From Trypanosoma brucei (Eukaryota), in NCBI GenBank assembly GCA_000002445.1, contig CM000208.1:3520001-3584000 (forward strand): a DNA stretch of 64,000 nucleotides. Reading direction: 5' to 3'. Under the pieces are notes generated by a model, which had not been told where the DNA came from, ran no database searches, and saw nothing but the letters and a program-made list of their open reading frames with translations. This document shows positions 46,077-57,525 of this stretch, piece by piece; position 1 is the stretch's first letter; every line of letters begins with the position of its first letter. The position numbers were made by a program, and so were the translations under genes.

Positions 46077-47798
46077 ATGGAGTACCCAGCGGAGTTCCAC
46101 ACACCGTCCACAGTGTATCAAGAGGGATGTACGACGTCTCCAAGTCCCACACCGATGTTCCCCAAGGTTTCAAATTTGGTGACAGGCATTTGGGAGCGGC
46201 CTTCCGAATCTCACGATGCTGGCTGTCTTAAGGATTACGCTGTGCGTGAAATGCGGGATGCTACGCAATCTAACGCCCAACCGACGTCAGTGCCATCCCC
46301 TCGGTGCACATCCAATGTAAATGACGGTTTCAGGATCCCCCCTTACGACACGTTTCTGCCTACGTGTGATAAAGAGAGGTCCCAAATTTCTGCGCCCACA
46401 GTGGATGGGGTTTCCATCAATGCCCTCTCCAGCCTCTTCAGCAGTGAACCCATATTGGCCGAGAATACGGTACCAAGCGGTGACTGGGATGTCTTCTTCC
46501 CTTTGAGGGAGTGTTGGAACAGTTCTTCCCGCCCGCCGACACCGACCATACCACTCGGTGTTTGTGCTAACATTACTGATACTCCTCCAAAGCTGCATTT
46601 GTCGAACGCGATTGGGGAAGTTTGTCCGCAGAGCGCAGATATGCAAAGGCCCTTCTTTTCGCTAGAGGAGGATACAGAGAGTGAGGAAGTTTGCGCACTC
46701 CCGGTGAACTTTGGTACAACCTACTGTTCTGAGGGGAACATTGTCGAAGCCCTCATTGCGCAGCTCGCAGCGAATGGCGACAGCGTGGTGCCAACTTCGA
46801 TCAACAAAGTTTATGCACCCCAAGGCCAGAGGACATCATCTGCTATGTCTTCGTTTCAAGAGGGAACGGTACGCAACGCAAAACGGGGCGCAGCCGTCTC
46901 TGACCCTCTCGCAGCGCACCTTCTCGACAACACAACCGACATTTATGAGGGAGTCGCTGGTCGTCACGTCGCTGCCACGGCAGTGTGTGAGGGTCAACAG
47001 CGTCACGTGCCTCCATTCGCCATATGTTGTTCGCCCATTGACCTACCAGGTGTGGGCAATGGGCGTGCGATGAATGAACGGCACCGCGGGTTTATTCAGC
47101 ATCGCCAGCGCGGTGCCGACACTGCTTCGCGATCTGGAAAGGGAGGATTGGCTCCAGGCAGTTGGCATCTTGGCCGGAGACCTCTCTACTCTTTGCCGTT
47201 TCCTTTGGTGGATCACAGCATGCTGAGTGACTTATACCGTGATACCCCTCAAGATCAAGAGTTGAGGCGTATTATCAACTCTAACGGCCCCGGTGGACCG
47301 CTTATGTCGTCTGAGTGGCCGCCGCGTACGAAGAGTTGTGTGGTAAAAATGTTGAGGCAGTTGCACGCGAAGGTGTTGCTGCAGCATCTGCGGGTTGTGA
47401 GTTTTGCCCGAAGGGATCTCTACGGAGTGGTGCGCCTGTTTGACTCGTGGAACGGTAAAGGCATTCCGCCCCCTGGCGTCATGTTCGGATCATACTACTT
47501 CTATACCATGTCAAAATTTGGCAGAGAGATGTGCCTGAAGCATAACGGTCGCGAGCGGGCGGGTGGGTTTTGCCGAGGGTGTGACTATGCCCAGCGGGGT
47601 CCCAACTTTAGATGCCGCTACCAGCACGCTTGCCTCTTTTGCTTGTCCGATGATCATGGGTGGTTTGACGAAACATGCTGCCAGCGATATGTCGCCTTGC
47701 AGCAAAAGATGGTGGAGCTGAGGATAACTGATGCCGTGGCCCAAGCGCTCCTTGACGCGCTGGAAACTGAAGATGAACCCATTCGCCGCAAGGGGTGA
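46077..47798 (+). CDS. Hypothetical protein with Cys/His-rich C-terminal region
   Basis: 573-aa ORF with ATG start. The C-terminus CLKHNGRERAGGFCRGCDYAQRGPNFRCRYQHACLFCLSDDHGWFDETCC is a possible zinc-binding module. No recognised family. Confidence 0.4.
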   Translation: MEYPAEFHTPSTVYQEGCTTSPSPTPMFPKVSNLVTGIWERPSESHDAGCLKDYAVREMRDATQSNAQPTSVPSPRCTSNVNDGFRIPPYDTFLPTCDKERSQISAPTVDGVSINALSSLFSSEPILAENTVPSGDWDVFFPLRECWNSSSRPPTPTIPLGVCANITDTPPKLHLSNAIGEVCPQSADMQRPFFSLEEDTESEEVCALPVNFGTTYCSEGNIVEALIAQLAANGDSVVPTSINKVYAPQGQRTSSAMSSFQEGTVRNAKRGAAVSDPLAAHLLDNTTDIYEGVAGRHVAATAVCEGQQRHVPPFAICCSPIDLPGVGNGRAMNERHRGFIQHRQRGADTASRSGKGGLAPGSWHLGRRPLYSLPFPLVDHSMLSDLYRDTPQDQELRRIINSNGPGGPLMSSEWPPRTKSCVVKMLRQLHAKVLLQHLRVVSFARRDLYGVVRLFDSWNGKGIPPPGVMFGSYYFYTMSKFGREMCLKHNGRERAGGFCRGCDYAQRGPNFRCRYQHACLFCLSDDHGWFDETCCQRYVALQQKMVELRITDAVAQALLDALETEDEPIRRKG

Positions 47799-49408
47799 TA
47801 GGTCTTGTTGCTTTTCTCCCTTCCTCACCTCCATCGTGGTGGATCCCACTTCCAATGGGGGGGGGGCAAGGTTGAGAGGTCGATCGATAAAAATGAATCA
47901 AACAAATAAAGCGGTATGTACATACTTATTAGATTCTTATACATAAAGACAGCCGTCACCTACCGGTGTACGTGAGTGACAGTTTGCTTTTACCTTGGCT
48001 TTCACTGCGTTCCTATATGTAATCACACTGTGGGTGCCCTGAGTTTCAAAAAGATATATATGAAAGACGATTTGTTGCGCCTCATCCCCCTCTGCTTTAG
48101 CTTTTGTTATTATCATTATTTTTTTTGTTGAAGTTGTTGAGATGGCGGTCGATACCGGCACCAGACTCATTGCATCCCCTTCAAACCTCCTGATGTCATG
48201 AATTAAAACGGAGAATGAAAGAAGAATGGTGTGTTTCCCTTTTTTTTTTCACTGCATTTTTGCTTTTTTTTTGGTTATTTTCTTTTCCCGACGTCCTCCC
48301 CAGTGACGCGACACTATTCCGGCTCGCGGGGAGAAGTGTTTGAGAACAGTCATGGCTTCTTTTCCCCCTTCCCCCTTTCCTCCCTTTATCACCATATATA
48401 TATATATATATATATGCTTTAAGTATTGTGTGCATACGGATGCACGCAAAGTTATACACGCACGCGCCTTTTTTTTTTTCCACCTGATCGCGTTCAGTAG
48501 GCCGTGGGGATATCTTCAGAGGTGTGCTTATTATCGTTTTTATTATGATTATTTATTTAATTTGTTAAATAGTGTTAATACGGAGTTGTGGTGGGCGTCT
48601 CCGCCTTGCCTGCCGATTTTAATTATGTTTTCCGTTATTTTTACGTTTGTTATTTTGTCGCTGTTGTTGCTTACGGTTTCCCGTATTTAAAGTTTCCCCT
48701 TCTCTCTTTTTTCTTGTGCGTTGCCGTTCCAGCCCCCTTTTCTTTCAGCGTGGGTATTTTCCCACTATCCAAAGGTCCTTTTCCTTTTTTGGTTTCCTTT
48801 TTTTCTACTTATGTGTGCAACCTCTCTTTTCTATTTCTCCACGCAGCCATTTGGGTCCAGTGTCCCGTAACGTCCCGCTGTGTGGCGCGGCAATTTTATT
48901 TTTACTGGGATGAATTTAACAGTTTTCCACCACATTTTTTTCCTCTTCTTTTTATTTTGCTTTCCCAGATTGCTTGCTGTTTATTGTTATTGTTATTATT
49001 TTCTGTTACCTGGTTCCCCTTGTTTTGTACTCGCCAAATTAGCCTTTTCATTCAATAATAATAATAATAAAGTACCTGCTGACTTTTTTTGTGGGCCTGT
49101 TTTTAATCTCTTTTTTTTAAACTTCATGTGGTACTGGAGAGAGGAATGCAAAAAAAAAAAAGAAAGAGAGAAGGAAATGAAAAGCTGAGGAAGGAAACAA
49201 AACAAAGAATAGAGAGTTTCACTGATTGACAAGTGTCTTGCCATCGCATTTTCACACATTCTTCAGGCTTGAGGAGAGCAGCGCTCATGGCTTCGGGTGT
49301 GTGGAGTGGCGTTACACCTTAACCCAACGAAAAAGACTATACGTGCATGTATACATATATACATATACATATATACAAATGGTATTTTTTTTAAAAATAA
49401 ATAAATAT

Positions 49409-49432
49409 ACATATATATATATATATATATAT
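49409..49432. repeat. (AT)n microsatellite
   Basis: Read directly. Similar (AT)n runs occur at 1427-1446, 48394-48415, 59284-59302 and 59448-59470. Confidence 0.85.
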
Positions 49433-50686
49433 ACATATATTAATTGAAAGCACTAAACGTAATAAAATGAAACAGTGCAAATAAATCATGTGAGACGACA
49501 AGGGAATGTTTTGCACATGTAATTATTTATCTTCTTATATAACCCAAATATATCCATATATATGTGCTTAAAAATATTTTTTTTATACAAGAGGTAGAAT
49601 CGGTTTGCAGTAAATACGGCTGAGTGGTGGTGCGCAGCGCGAAAGCATACGACAATTACCTCCCTTTCTCCCATTTTTTTTAATGATGAGATTATGTGTG
49701 AGGTGTATAAGCAACTGAGAAACGAATGAATAAGCGAATGGAAACCGGAGAAGCAGGTATACAGACTGATAAGATGAGGAAGAAACAGAGTGTAGTAGGA
49801 ACGAGAACCTGACAAAGAAGGTGAATGAAACTGAGGGCGGGTGAAGTTAGATTTCAATAGGAATTCATGGGGGAATAGCATGATACATCACCTCATGCGT
49901 GTATGCCCGTAGGCGCTACAGAAGATTATATGGGGGAGGGGGAGGGGTATTTAATCGCACTCACGCTAAGATGTGAGCTTTGTTACGTGAAGTTGCAGTC
50001 AAGCGGCCTCACACGCCGTGCGTTGCTAAATGAGCGCTACCGCGGTCAGTGTCATTCTGAGACACATTTATCCTTGCAATCTCATTTTTGTGTTTTTCCC
50101 TAAAGCGCATTATTGATTTTATTTTGATTTCGGGTTTTATTTCGGGTCTATTTCCATCAGAGCATAAAAAGTGTTGCGATTTATACGGGGTTGCTAGGGA
50201 AAGGGGCTCACACCCTCTGTGCGGTGTTGTTTGGTGCTTCTGGTGATGTGTTTGCCACAGAGACTGTCATAATTCTTCTTTGGATTTTCCCATTCTTTCC
50301 CTATTCTGTTCCTTCTCTTTTGTTTTGTTTTGGTGCTGCTGACCTTGCTGAACCTCCTGTTTCTGCCTTGGTGAGCCTCTCGAGCGAAGCAAGCACGCAC
50401 TCCCGTAGCGCACTAACAGGGTGATAACTTTACCCGTGACAGGTAAAACATTGCCTGTGCAAAGGTGAAAAGAGGATAGTGTGTTGCTTTCTTGTTCTGT
50501 GTGTGTGTGTGGAGTGACTAGCGGCAATTGTCGTAGTGGGAAGAGGAGGGTAAACGAAAGCAAGGGTAAAAGGTAATCTTCTTGTTTATTGCCTAATTAT
50601 TCCAGTTGCTGTTTCGCACTCTTTCTGTTGCGCCGCGCGGCTCCTACACAGAGGCAGTGAACAGACGATATTCCACAAGCGAACCA

Positions 50687-52240
50687 ATGAGTTCGGGTAA
50701 TAGGGACCTTTCAGTGGACAATCCGTTGCAATGGAGAGATCTTAATAACACAGAGGAATTTATGCGAAAATTGCATGAGATTTACATGAAAAGTGTGAAG
50801 CCTCTTGAGGACATATACCTGTATGAGGTACTTTCCCCTCGGTGGTTTGAAGAGACTCTTTCCAGTTATAAACCTATAGTTACCTTCTTGGGACCGTGGT
50901 CAGCCGGGAAGAGTACATTTATTAATTACCTCTTGCAGGACAATTACCTTTTTACGGGACCTCAGCCAACCACTTCAGAGTTCACCGTCATCACTTATGG
51001 CGATGATGTGACCACGTTGGACGGTCACGTCGTTGCCAGCACAAAGGACCTCCCTTTTAGGGCTTTAGCCAACTTCGGAGAGGGATTTATGGGCAACTTC
51101 TGTGGGTTGCAGGTCCCGCATGAGCTCTTAAAGCGTGTTGTACTCGTTGACACTCCAGGTGTGTTGGAAAATTCCACCGACGATAGGGAGCGGCGCTACA
51201 ATTATACTGAAGTGTGCCGATGGTTCGTGGAACGTAGTGACATGGTTTTCCTGCTGTTTGACCCCGCTAAGCTCGACGCTGGTACCGAGTTGCGTAATCT
51301 GTTCAGGTACACTTTCAAGGGAATGGAGGGGAAACTTCGCATTGTTCTAAATAAGGCCGACAGTGTCGCGAAAAAGGAACTGATGCGTGTGTACGGCAGC
51401 CTTTTTTGGAATCTGTCTACGTTGATTCGCTGCACAGAACCACCGCGGGTGTACATTGGCAGTTTTTGGGATCAGCCGTACAAACCGGGTACGTTTGCGC
51501 TGCTCTTCACGAAGGAAAAGGAGGATCTGCTTTATGAGCTGACGGAGTTGGTTCCCCGGCAGGCACGGGACAGAAAAGTCGCTGCTCTTATAAGCCATGC
51601 AAAGAAAGTCGTTTGCCACGCGTACATTGTAGGTGGAATCCGGGCAGATCTCCCGATGTTTTTCGGTAAAGAAAAGGCTAAACGCAAAGCATTGGAGAAT
51701 TTGCCGAAAACATATCAGTTGGTTGCATCCAGAAATCGACTCAGCCCGAAGGATCTTCCTCCTGCGCAGCTGTACCATGAATACTTCGAGAAGGTGCACC
51801 TTGAAAAACTCCCAGATATAAAAAAGGTTGAGAAAACGGGGATGATAACGACCGCTCAACATTACATTTGCAATATTTTGCCCAGTATGTTCTACCCTAT
51901 GAAGCAAGTCCCCGTTCCAGACCCACGGAATAAGACGGAACAAGGGAAGTTGCGGGAAATGTACTACGGGGGTCTGCGTGACCAATATGATGGAAAGGAA
52001 GGTAAACAGGGAAGCAGTGATACAGTGCCAATCGCCTTTCGGGAGACCGCGCTTGGTCCAAATCCAGAACTACGTGGTGGATGCGGCCAGCTTACTGTGC
52101 CGGGGGCAACGGCAAACACCACTCCCGCTATGAATAACGTCCAAATGAATGAACAGCAACAACAAATGCTCATGCAGATGATGATGATGATGCAGCAACA
52201 GCAGCAGCAAGGGAACAACCAGTTCTATGCTCCACGGTAG
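50687..52240 (+). CDS. EHD/sarcalumenin-family dynamin-like ATPase without C-terminal EH domain; Q/M-rich tail instead
   Basis: Aligns with EHD1 across the G-domain and helical domain (GPWSAGKSTFINYLL ~ GQYSTGKTTFIRHLI; DTPGVLE; RIVLNKADSV ~ RVVLNKADQI; RVYGSLFWNLS...RVYIGSFWDQP ~ RVYGALMWSLG...RVYIGSFWSHP). Ends in NVQMNEQQQQMLMQMMMMMQQQQQQGNNQFYAPR. The ORF-track start is TTG; the first ATG is 50687. Confidence 0.8.
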   Translation: MSSGNRDLSVDNPLQWRDLNNTEEFMRKLHEIYMKSVKPLEDIYLYEVLSPRWFEETLSSYKPIVTFLGPWSAGKSTFINYLLQDNYLFTGPQPTTSEFTVITYGDDVTTLDGHVVASTKDLPFRALANFGEGFMGNFCGLQVPHELLKRVVLVDTPGVLENSTDDRERRYNYTEVCRWFVERSDMVFLLFDPAKLDAGTELRNLFRYTFKGMEGKLRIVLNKADSVAKKELMRVYGSLFWNLSTLIRCTEPPRVYIGSFWDQPYKPGTFALLFTKEKEDLLYELTELVPRQARDRKVAALISHAKKVVCHAYIVGGIRADLPMFFGKEKAKRKALENLPKTYQLVASRNRLSPKDLPPAQLYHEYFEKVHLEKLPDIKKVEKTGMITTAQHYICNILPSMFYPMKQVPVPDPRNKTEQGKLREMYYGGLRDQYDGKEGKQGSSDTVPIAFRETALGPNPELRGGCGQLTVPGATANTTPAMNNVQMNEQQQQMLMQMMMMMQQQQQQGNNQFYAPR

Positions 52241-52818
52241 GAGCACTGCTAGCAAAAAGTAAGATCTTAAGCAGTAAAGTAGTACTGAACTGCTTCGCTG
52301 TGCTAATGCCGCGCTCGTTGCTCACACCATTGGTGAAGCCGTTAACTAGTTGGTGCCTTCATTCGTGCTTTTGTCGGTTGTTTTGTTTGTCCTACCGTCA
52401 TGGCTTATCTCAGACGGTTTCTGGCTTCGGAGGTTTGGCCAATAAACGAACATGGTTGCGCACTGGATGAGGGGGGGGGGTATTCCGAAACAAACTAAAC
52501 GACTATGTTATTGCTTTTGCTGGAGCTTACTTGCCCATCCTTACACTCCTTTCTTCCTATGCGCATACCGTTTTTATATATGTGCACTTGGGGTTGTATG
52601 CGTATTTGCTTCTTCAAGTTTCCTAAACGCCTTCGTCACTGTTGGCATATATACGCTTTTTTGCTGTCAGGGGTTGCGCCATGTCGTTTCTTGGTGGCAT
52701 ATTTGCTTTTGCTACTTCGGTAAGAAAAGGGGGAAAAATCGGTGAGAGAGTGTGTCTCCCATTGTGCAACGTTCTCATACTTGCCAAAGTGCTCATTTTC
52801 CGATTTTGTCTCCCAACG

Positions 52819-52843
52819 TTGTTTTCCTTTCTCTTTTTTTTAG
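52819..52843 (+). promoter_or_regulatory. Polypyrimidine tract plus AG (candidate trans-splice acceptor) upstream of the ATG at 52861
   Basis: gttttcctttctctttttttttag immediately 5' of the putative start. Confidence 0.45.
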
Positions 52844-52860
52844 AGCGACGGAGCCCGTTC

Positions 52861-55800
52861 ATGACTCAACCGGTGGATGACAGTTGGTATGATGCTGAAC
52901 TCCTTGATGCGCTGCTGGGGAAAGAGGACGTTGACCCTTCACATGTACCGCTCTCGTCGCTGGCGGCCGCAGCACCCGCGACAACACCGAAGGGGTCTTG
53001 TAGGGCTTTAGAGATTACTGATTTGGGTCATCCGCGCCTCTTTATGATTGGCGGTTCCCTCTTTTCACGATACTGCAGGCCTTCTCCAGCCCTGCAGTAT
53101 CATCGAGCTCGTTTTCACTGGTCTCGCCTCTCGTGGCTGGATTACAGTGCCATTTACTGTCCTTTCACAAAGCAGTTTCTCTCTCCGCGTTCCCCGCATT
53201 GGAGTCACCTCGTCTCAGCTGGTTTTGGCACCCCTCGCCGTTTGCTTTTTGGTCGAAGCATCGTTCTGGTGGAGCCCCAGAAGCTGCAAGCACTAGCAGC
53301 TCACATTCAACAATCGAAAGAGGGGAATGCTGTTTCCGGGAAGAACCCAACTGCAATGTGGAGTCCTCCACTGCAGCAGACATTAGGCCTTCTTCTCGAG
53401 ACGCTGCCCTACCATGACGAGACTTCTTTAGCGCGGCGAGTGCAAGAGGTGTTAAGTGCGGGGGATACCGGAGCTGGCACCGGTCGCCGCATACCGCTGG
53501 GTCTTTATAACCATGTGCCCGATGTGAAACGCGTCATGCCGCCGCCGCGGAGTTCTCAGGAGGGGGAGGAGGAGGAGCTCGCACAAAATGACGTTGATGC
53601 CGTTGAAGTTGTGGCCCTGGGGGAAAGTTACTTGCGACGGGTTCTTCCCTGGCGCACTGCAGTGCTGCAGCACCGTCCCAAAATGAAGTTAAATATGAAG
53701 GTGGGACACAAGGAAATGGTGGGTTTGTCATCTGAAGGTGCCGACCTGCATCCTGCACACAGCAAAGCCGATGTACTGGTAGAACGTTATTCCTTACTGT
53801 GTTCCACCCCCTGTTGTGTTCCGAAGACCCAAATGGCTTATTTGTCTCTCCGTTACGTGCCCGATGTTCCGGTGATGCAAGTTGTTGTGGACGCGCTGCT
53901 TCGCACTGAGGAAACAGAGTATGTGTTTTACTGCCCAATTGAACACGGTGTCGACTGTCACACAGTGGTGGATATTGTAGCATACCGGGTACGGCGCACG
54001 GGGGACGGAGATGTGCGGGCCGCTGAACGCTTCCCAGTGCTTCATTTGGGGCTGCATGCAAACCCTACCGACTCTTCCGTTGCGCCTGTCATTGTCGTCA
54101 TCGGAAATGCCCATCTACTTTCACAGCGTGCTATTTCCCGCCTTCTGGATCAGTGGACACGTAATGGTGCCGCCGCCGTCGCGGTTAGACGAAGGAATGG
54201 TGGTAGCGGTGACAACGGGAACAGTGATGTCGGCATCGATGCGGATGAGGCCGTTGGGCGGAGTTGGCGGGGACGGGAGTTACTGCTGCGAATAGGGGAT
54301 CCACTGCGCGCTATCGCTTGTGGCGTGCCCCTCTTTGGGAATGTCCGTGCAGTGTTTGTCTCCTACTCTGCATTTGATTGTGCTCCTAGTGATTGCTCAG
54401 CTCACTCCCCGGGACTAAATAACAGCGTGTCATGCGTTCGTAGTGCCAACGCCACCGTTCACGTTCTTAAACCTTTGCGTGAAGGTGTTTTCACTCTCGA
54501 AGAGCCGGTTGTTGCAGCGCTGAGACGAGTAGCCCCGACGTTCCAGAGGCGAATGGACGTGTCGGATAGACGTTTGTTTATTAAGGAAGTGTGTGATGTC
54601 ATTTCAAGCACACACGTTTCCACACTCTCCAACAGGGGTGCGGACAGACATGGGTGGACAACGTCACCCGATGACAGTTATCGCGAGGAAGATGTCTTAT
54701 TACACTTGTATGAGGCTGTGGAAGCGTTTCTAGAATGCCCAGTGAAGAGCGGGGATGTCAGCCTCCTATCGTGTGCCCATTTGATGACAAAGTACCCTGA
54801 ACTCGCGACGGCGCGCATCCGGCATGAGCTTATTCGCGAGTTCCCCCTCTACGTGGAAATGAATAAAAGTGAACTAACGGTTTGCTCAGCTGTTTCGGCT
54901 CCGGCACCAGACAGTGTCGTTGAGTGCGCGGCTGGTGGGTCCGGGTCTTGTGAGTGTGCTGCTGGATTTAATATTCCCCTGGTGAGCAGTCGCCGTCTCG
55001 CACGCAAGAAAGCTGAGGAAGAACACGACTCACTCAAGAAAACGTACGTTCTAAATGCGACACTGGATCGTGTCGTCACCTCTGACGCCAGTGGTTGTGG
55101 CTCTTCATTCACATCCGTTATCATGCGGGGCTCTGAGCATCAACGGTACGAATGCCCGATTGAGCACAGTTACCAACCCTTCTTTGAGCCCCCTCTGTTG
55201 CTGGGTCGTTGGAGTCAAACACTTCTTTTCTGCGCTCCTGTGGTTGCCGATACGGTAGCGCTGCGGTGCGTGCTGCTGCATGCCGCGGAGGCTTCGGTTC
55301 GTGACGATGACACTATCAATGTGGTTGACGTGGATATATTTTGTGTGGATTACGTGAAATATCCCCCTGAACGCCGCTGTCGCTTGTTTGGAGTGAGATT
55401 GCGCTTCGCTACACGTGATGGGTTCACAAAAGGTACCGTTAAGGATTGCTCAGCACGTGAGTGGGCGACGGAAATGTTGGAACATGCGCTCGCTAAGTGC
55501 GCCGTCAGTGCAGAGTTATTTCCGCTGTGGACCAGTTCTGAACTAAGGAAGCAGAGAACCTGTCGTCATGTTACACAAGGTAGTGGAGTGGCCGGCACCT
55601 TCGTACCACACTTTCGTTTTGAGGCGTTGGATGAGTGTGTGAGAGCAGCACAACCTAACGTAGTGGAACAGCGACTATTTGCGCTTGGATTTGTTCAATG
55701 TGGCCCACTATGCCTCACTGTCGGCTCCCACGTAATTGCGTTACGCGACATATCCTCCAATATAAAACGAGGGACACTGTGCCGCGTTGTTCGCTTCGCT

Positions 55801-56403
55801 CCGATGATGGTCGCACACGAGTTCGGGGCGCCAGTGGATCGAATGGTCCAATGCTTTTTTGAGCAGCAGAGATGTAAAGGTGGCGGTATGGGGGCATTAC
55901 CCGTAGTGCGGCCAGTGTTACAACCAAATAATTTGCAGGTCACCCCATTCGGGGAAGCGGATGAAAGTGAGAGGGAAACAAGAGATGAAGAGGCGTTAGT
56001 TATTCCCGCCGTAAGTTTGGTCGGTGGATACCGGTCGTTACACTATTATGCACTGCCGGCACTGCAGCTGCCGCTTCTCGTGCCGTCTCAAGCCGCAGCC
56101 GCCTCCACTCTTTTTCATCCACTCTTTGCACACCAAGACAGTTTACTGGAGTTCGCTTCAGCGGAGACTCGCTCAAAGGCTGCGACGATGATAATGTCGC
56201 TACCACCTTCCTTAGGTGCGCGGAGAAGTGTGTCATGCGCGTTTTTGTATGATGCTGTCTTTGACGACGGAGAGTCCGGAGCTGAAGTTCATGAAGAGGG
56301 CGGGCAGTTTCCCCCTCATGGGAGTAAGGGCAGTGCTTCTCCCTCTTATACTGTGTGTTGTGATGTACTATCGGCGCTTTCACTTTTCCCATTGAGGGTG
56401 TAG
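52861..56403 (+). CDS. Large hypothetical protein (about 1180 aa)
   Basis: Long ORF with no domain I recognise. A polypyrimidine tract plus AG sits immediately upstream of the ATG at 52861 (MTQPVDDSW). An earlier in-frame ATG at 52681 would add a hydrophobic 60-aa extension that looks like translated UTR. Confidence 0.5.
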   Translation: MTQPVDDSWYDAELLDALLGKEDVDPSHVPLSSLAAAAPATTPKGSCRALEITDLGHPRLFMIGGSLFSRYCRPSPALQYHRARFHWSRLSWLDYSAIYCPFTKQFLSPRSPHWSHLVSAGFGTPRRLLFGRSIVLVEPQKLQALAAHIQQSKEGNAVSGKNPTAMWSPPLQQTLGLLLETLPYHDETSLARRVQEVLSAGDTGAGTGRRIPLGLYNHVPDVKRVMPPPRSSQEGEEEELAQNDVDAVEVVALGESYLRRVLPWRTAVLQHRPKMKLNMKVGHKEMVGLSSEGADLHPAHSKADVLVERYSLLCSTPCCVPKTQMAYLSLRYVPDVPVMQVVVDALLRTEETEYVFYCPIEHGVDCHTVVDIVAYRVRRTGDGDVRAAERFPVLHLGLHANPTDSSVAPVIVVIGNAHLLSQRAISRLLDQWTRNGAAAVAVRRRNGGSGDNGNSDVGIDADEAVGRSWRGRELLLRIGDPLRAIACGVPLFGNVRAVFVSYSAFDCAPSDCSAHSPGLNNSVSCVRSANATVHVLKPLREGVFTLEEPVVAALRRVAPTFQRRMDVSDRRLFIKEVCDVISSTHVSTLSNRGADRHGWTTSPDDSYREEDVLLHLYEAVEAFLECPVKSGDVSLLSCAHLMTKYPELATARIRHELIREFPLYVEMNKSELTVCSAVSAPAPDSVVECAAGGSGSCECAAGFNIPLVSSRRLARKKAEEEHDSLKKTYVLNATLDRVVTSDASGCGSSFTSVIMRGSEHQRYECPIEHSYQPFFEPPLLLGRWSQTLLFCAPVVADTVALRCVLLHAAEASVRDDDTINVVDVDIFCVDYVKYPPERRCRLFGVRLRFATRDGFTKGTVKDCSAREWATEMLEHALAKCAVSAELFPLWTSSELRKQRTCRHVTQGSGVAGTFVPHFRFEALDECVRAAQPNVVEQRLFALGFVQCGPLCLTVGSHVIALRDISSNIKRGTLCRVVRFAPMMVAHEFGAPVDRMVQCFFEQQRCKGGGMGALPVVRPVLQPNNLQVTPFGEADESERETRDEEALVIPAVSLVGGYRSLHYYALPALQLPLLVPSQAAAASTLFHPLFAHQDSLLEFASAETRSKAATMIMSLPPSLGARRSVSCAFLYDAVFDDGESGAEVHEEGGQFPPHGSKGSASPSYTVCCDVLSALSLFPLRV

Positions 56404-57525
56404 GATGTGACTGTGGTGCTCACCTGTATTTAGTTCCGCAACATCAAGCAAATGCCAACGAAGCCTTACATTGTATCGTCTTGCTAATGTTTTCTGTGTC
56501 TTGTTGCTATTTATCCTTTGCTCCCTCGGCTTAGATTGTTGTTGGTGTAGGTGCATGACATCCCTTTCGCACTCCCAGCATTTTATTCTTCACATTTGTC
56601 TCTCCACAGATTTTAAAAAAATTTTCCAAACTCATATAATGTTACATCTGCCTCGTGAAGTTTACCCTCAGTTTATCATAATGCGCTGACAGCAGTTGGT
56701 ACGGAGGGCAGTAAATAATGGCTTATTTTTTTTTTTAATTGTTAAACTGGTGTGGTTAATATTCACAGGGTTGCTTGCGCGCCCCTTTCTCTTCTTGTCA
56801 CTGAGTTTTGCTCCTCAGTGCTGTCTTTTTTTTCTTTGCTGTTGTTTCATTTCCTATTTTCATTCTTTTTTTTTTCACCTCCCCCCCATAGCTTCGTCGC
56901 TGTGGTTTTCGTGAGCACCTTATAAAATCAAATTGTGGAGGTGAAGAACTTATTTATCAACTGCTTTTCACTCCCTTTTTTCATTTCCCTCCATTAACGG
57001 CAGGAGCATCTTTTTTTTTTTTCGGTCTCACACACAAAGCCCCTCGCAGCGGGCTATTTTTCGTAGCAAGAGAGAGCCCGAAATTTTTTTTTTAAAAAAG
57101 GAAAGTTAGGAAGATATTAAAAGGAGAAAAACAGGAAAAAGGTTGACACAAGAAAACCACAAATTCCGTCAGCGGTCGCTGGTGAAATCTATCAACAGGG
57201 AAGGTGAGGGAGCGAATTTTCTTCTTTTATTATATATACATACATATATATATATAAAGAAAACGAAGCTAGCAAGGTGAAGCAAATTTTTTTAAAAAAA
57301 CAGGCAAACAAAGCACTCCTGCACGTACTATCACGTGGTTGTAGCATTTTCGCACAGTGACCCCCTTTAAAAACAACAACAACAACAACAACAAAAGGAT
57401 CCATTGAGGTTATTAGCGATTAAAACAGGTTTACCACTTACTTCATTCCGTCAGGGAGGGATTCCTTACACGCGCACACAAACGTCGTATCTACACGTAA
57501 ATTTATTTCATATTATTTTTCTACC

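Noticed and set aside
52681-52860. Earlier in-frame ATG (52681) as start of the large hypothetical protein
   Set aside because: The 60 aa it adds are hydrophobic and low-complexity (FLFFLERRSPF) and span the polypyrimidine tract and AG acceptor, which are expected to lie in the 5' UTR. The ATG at 52861 directly after the tract is the more plausible start.
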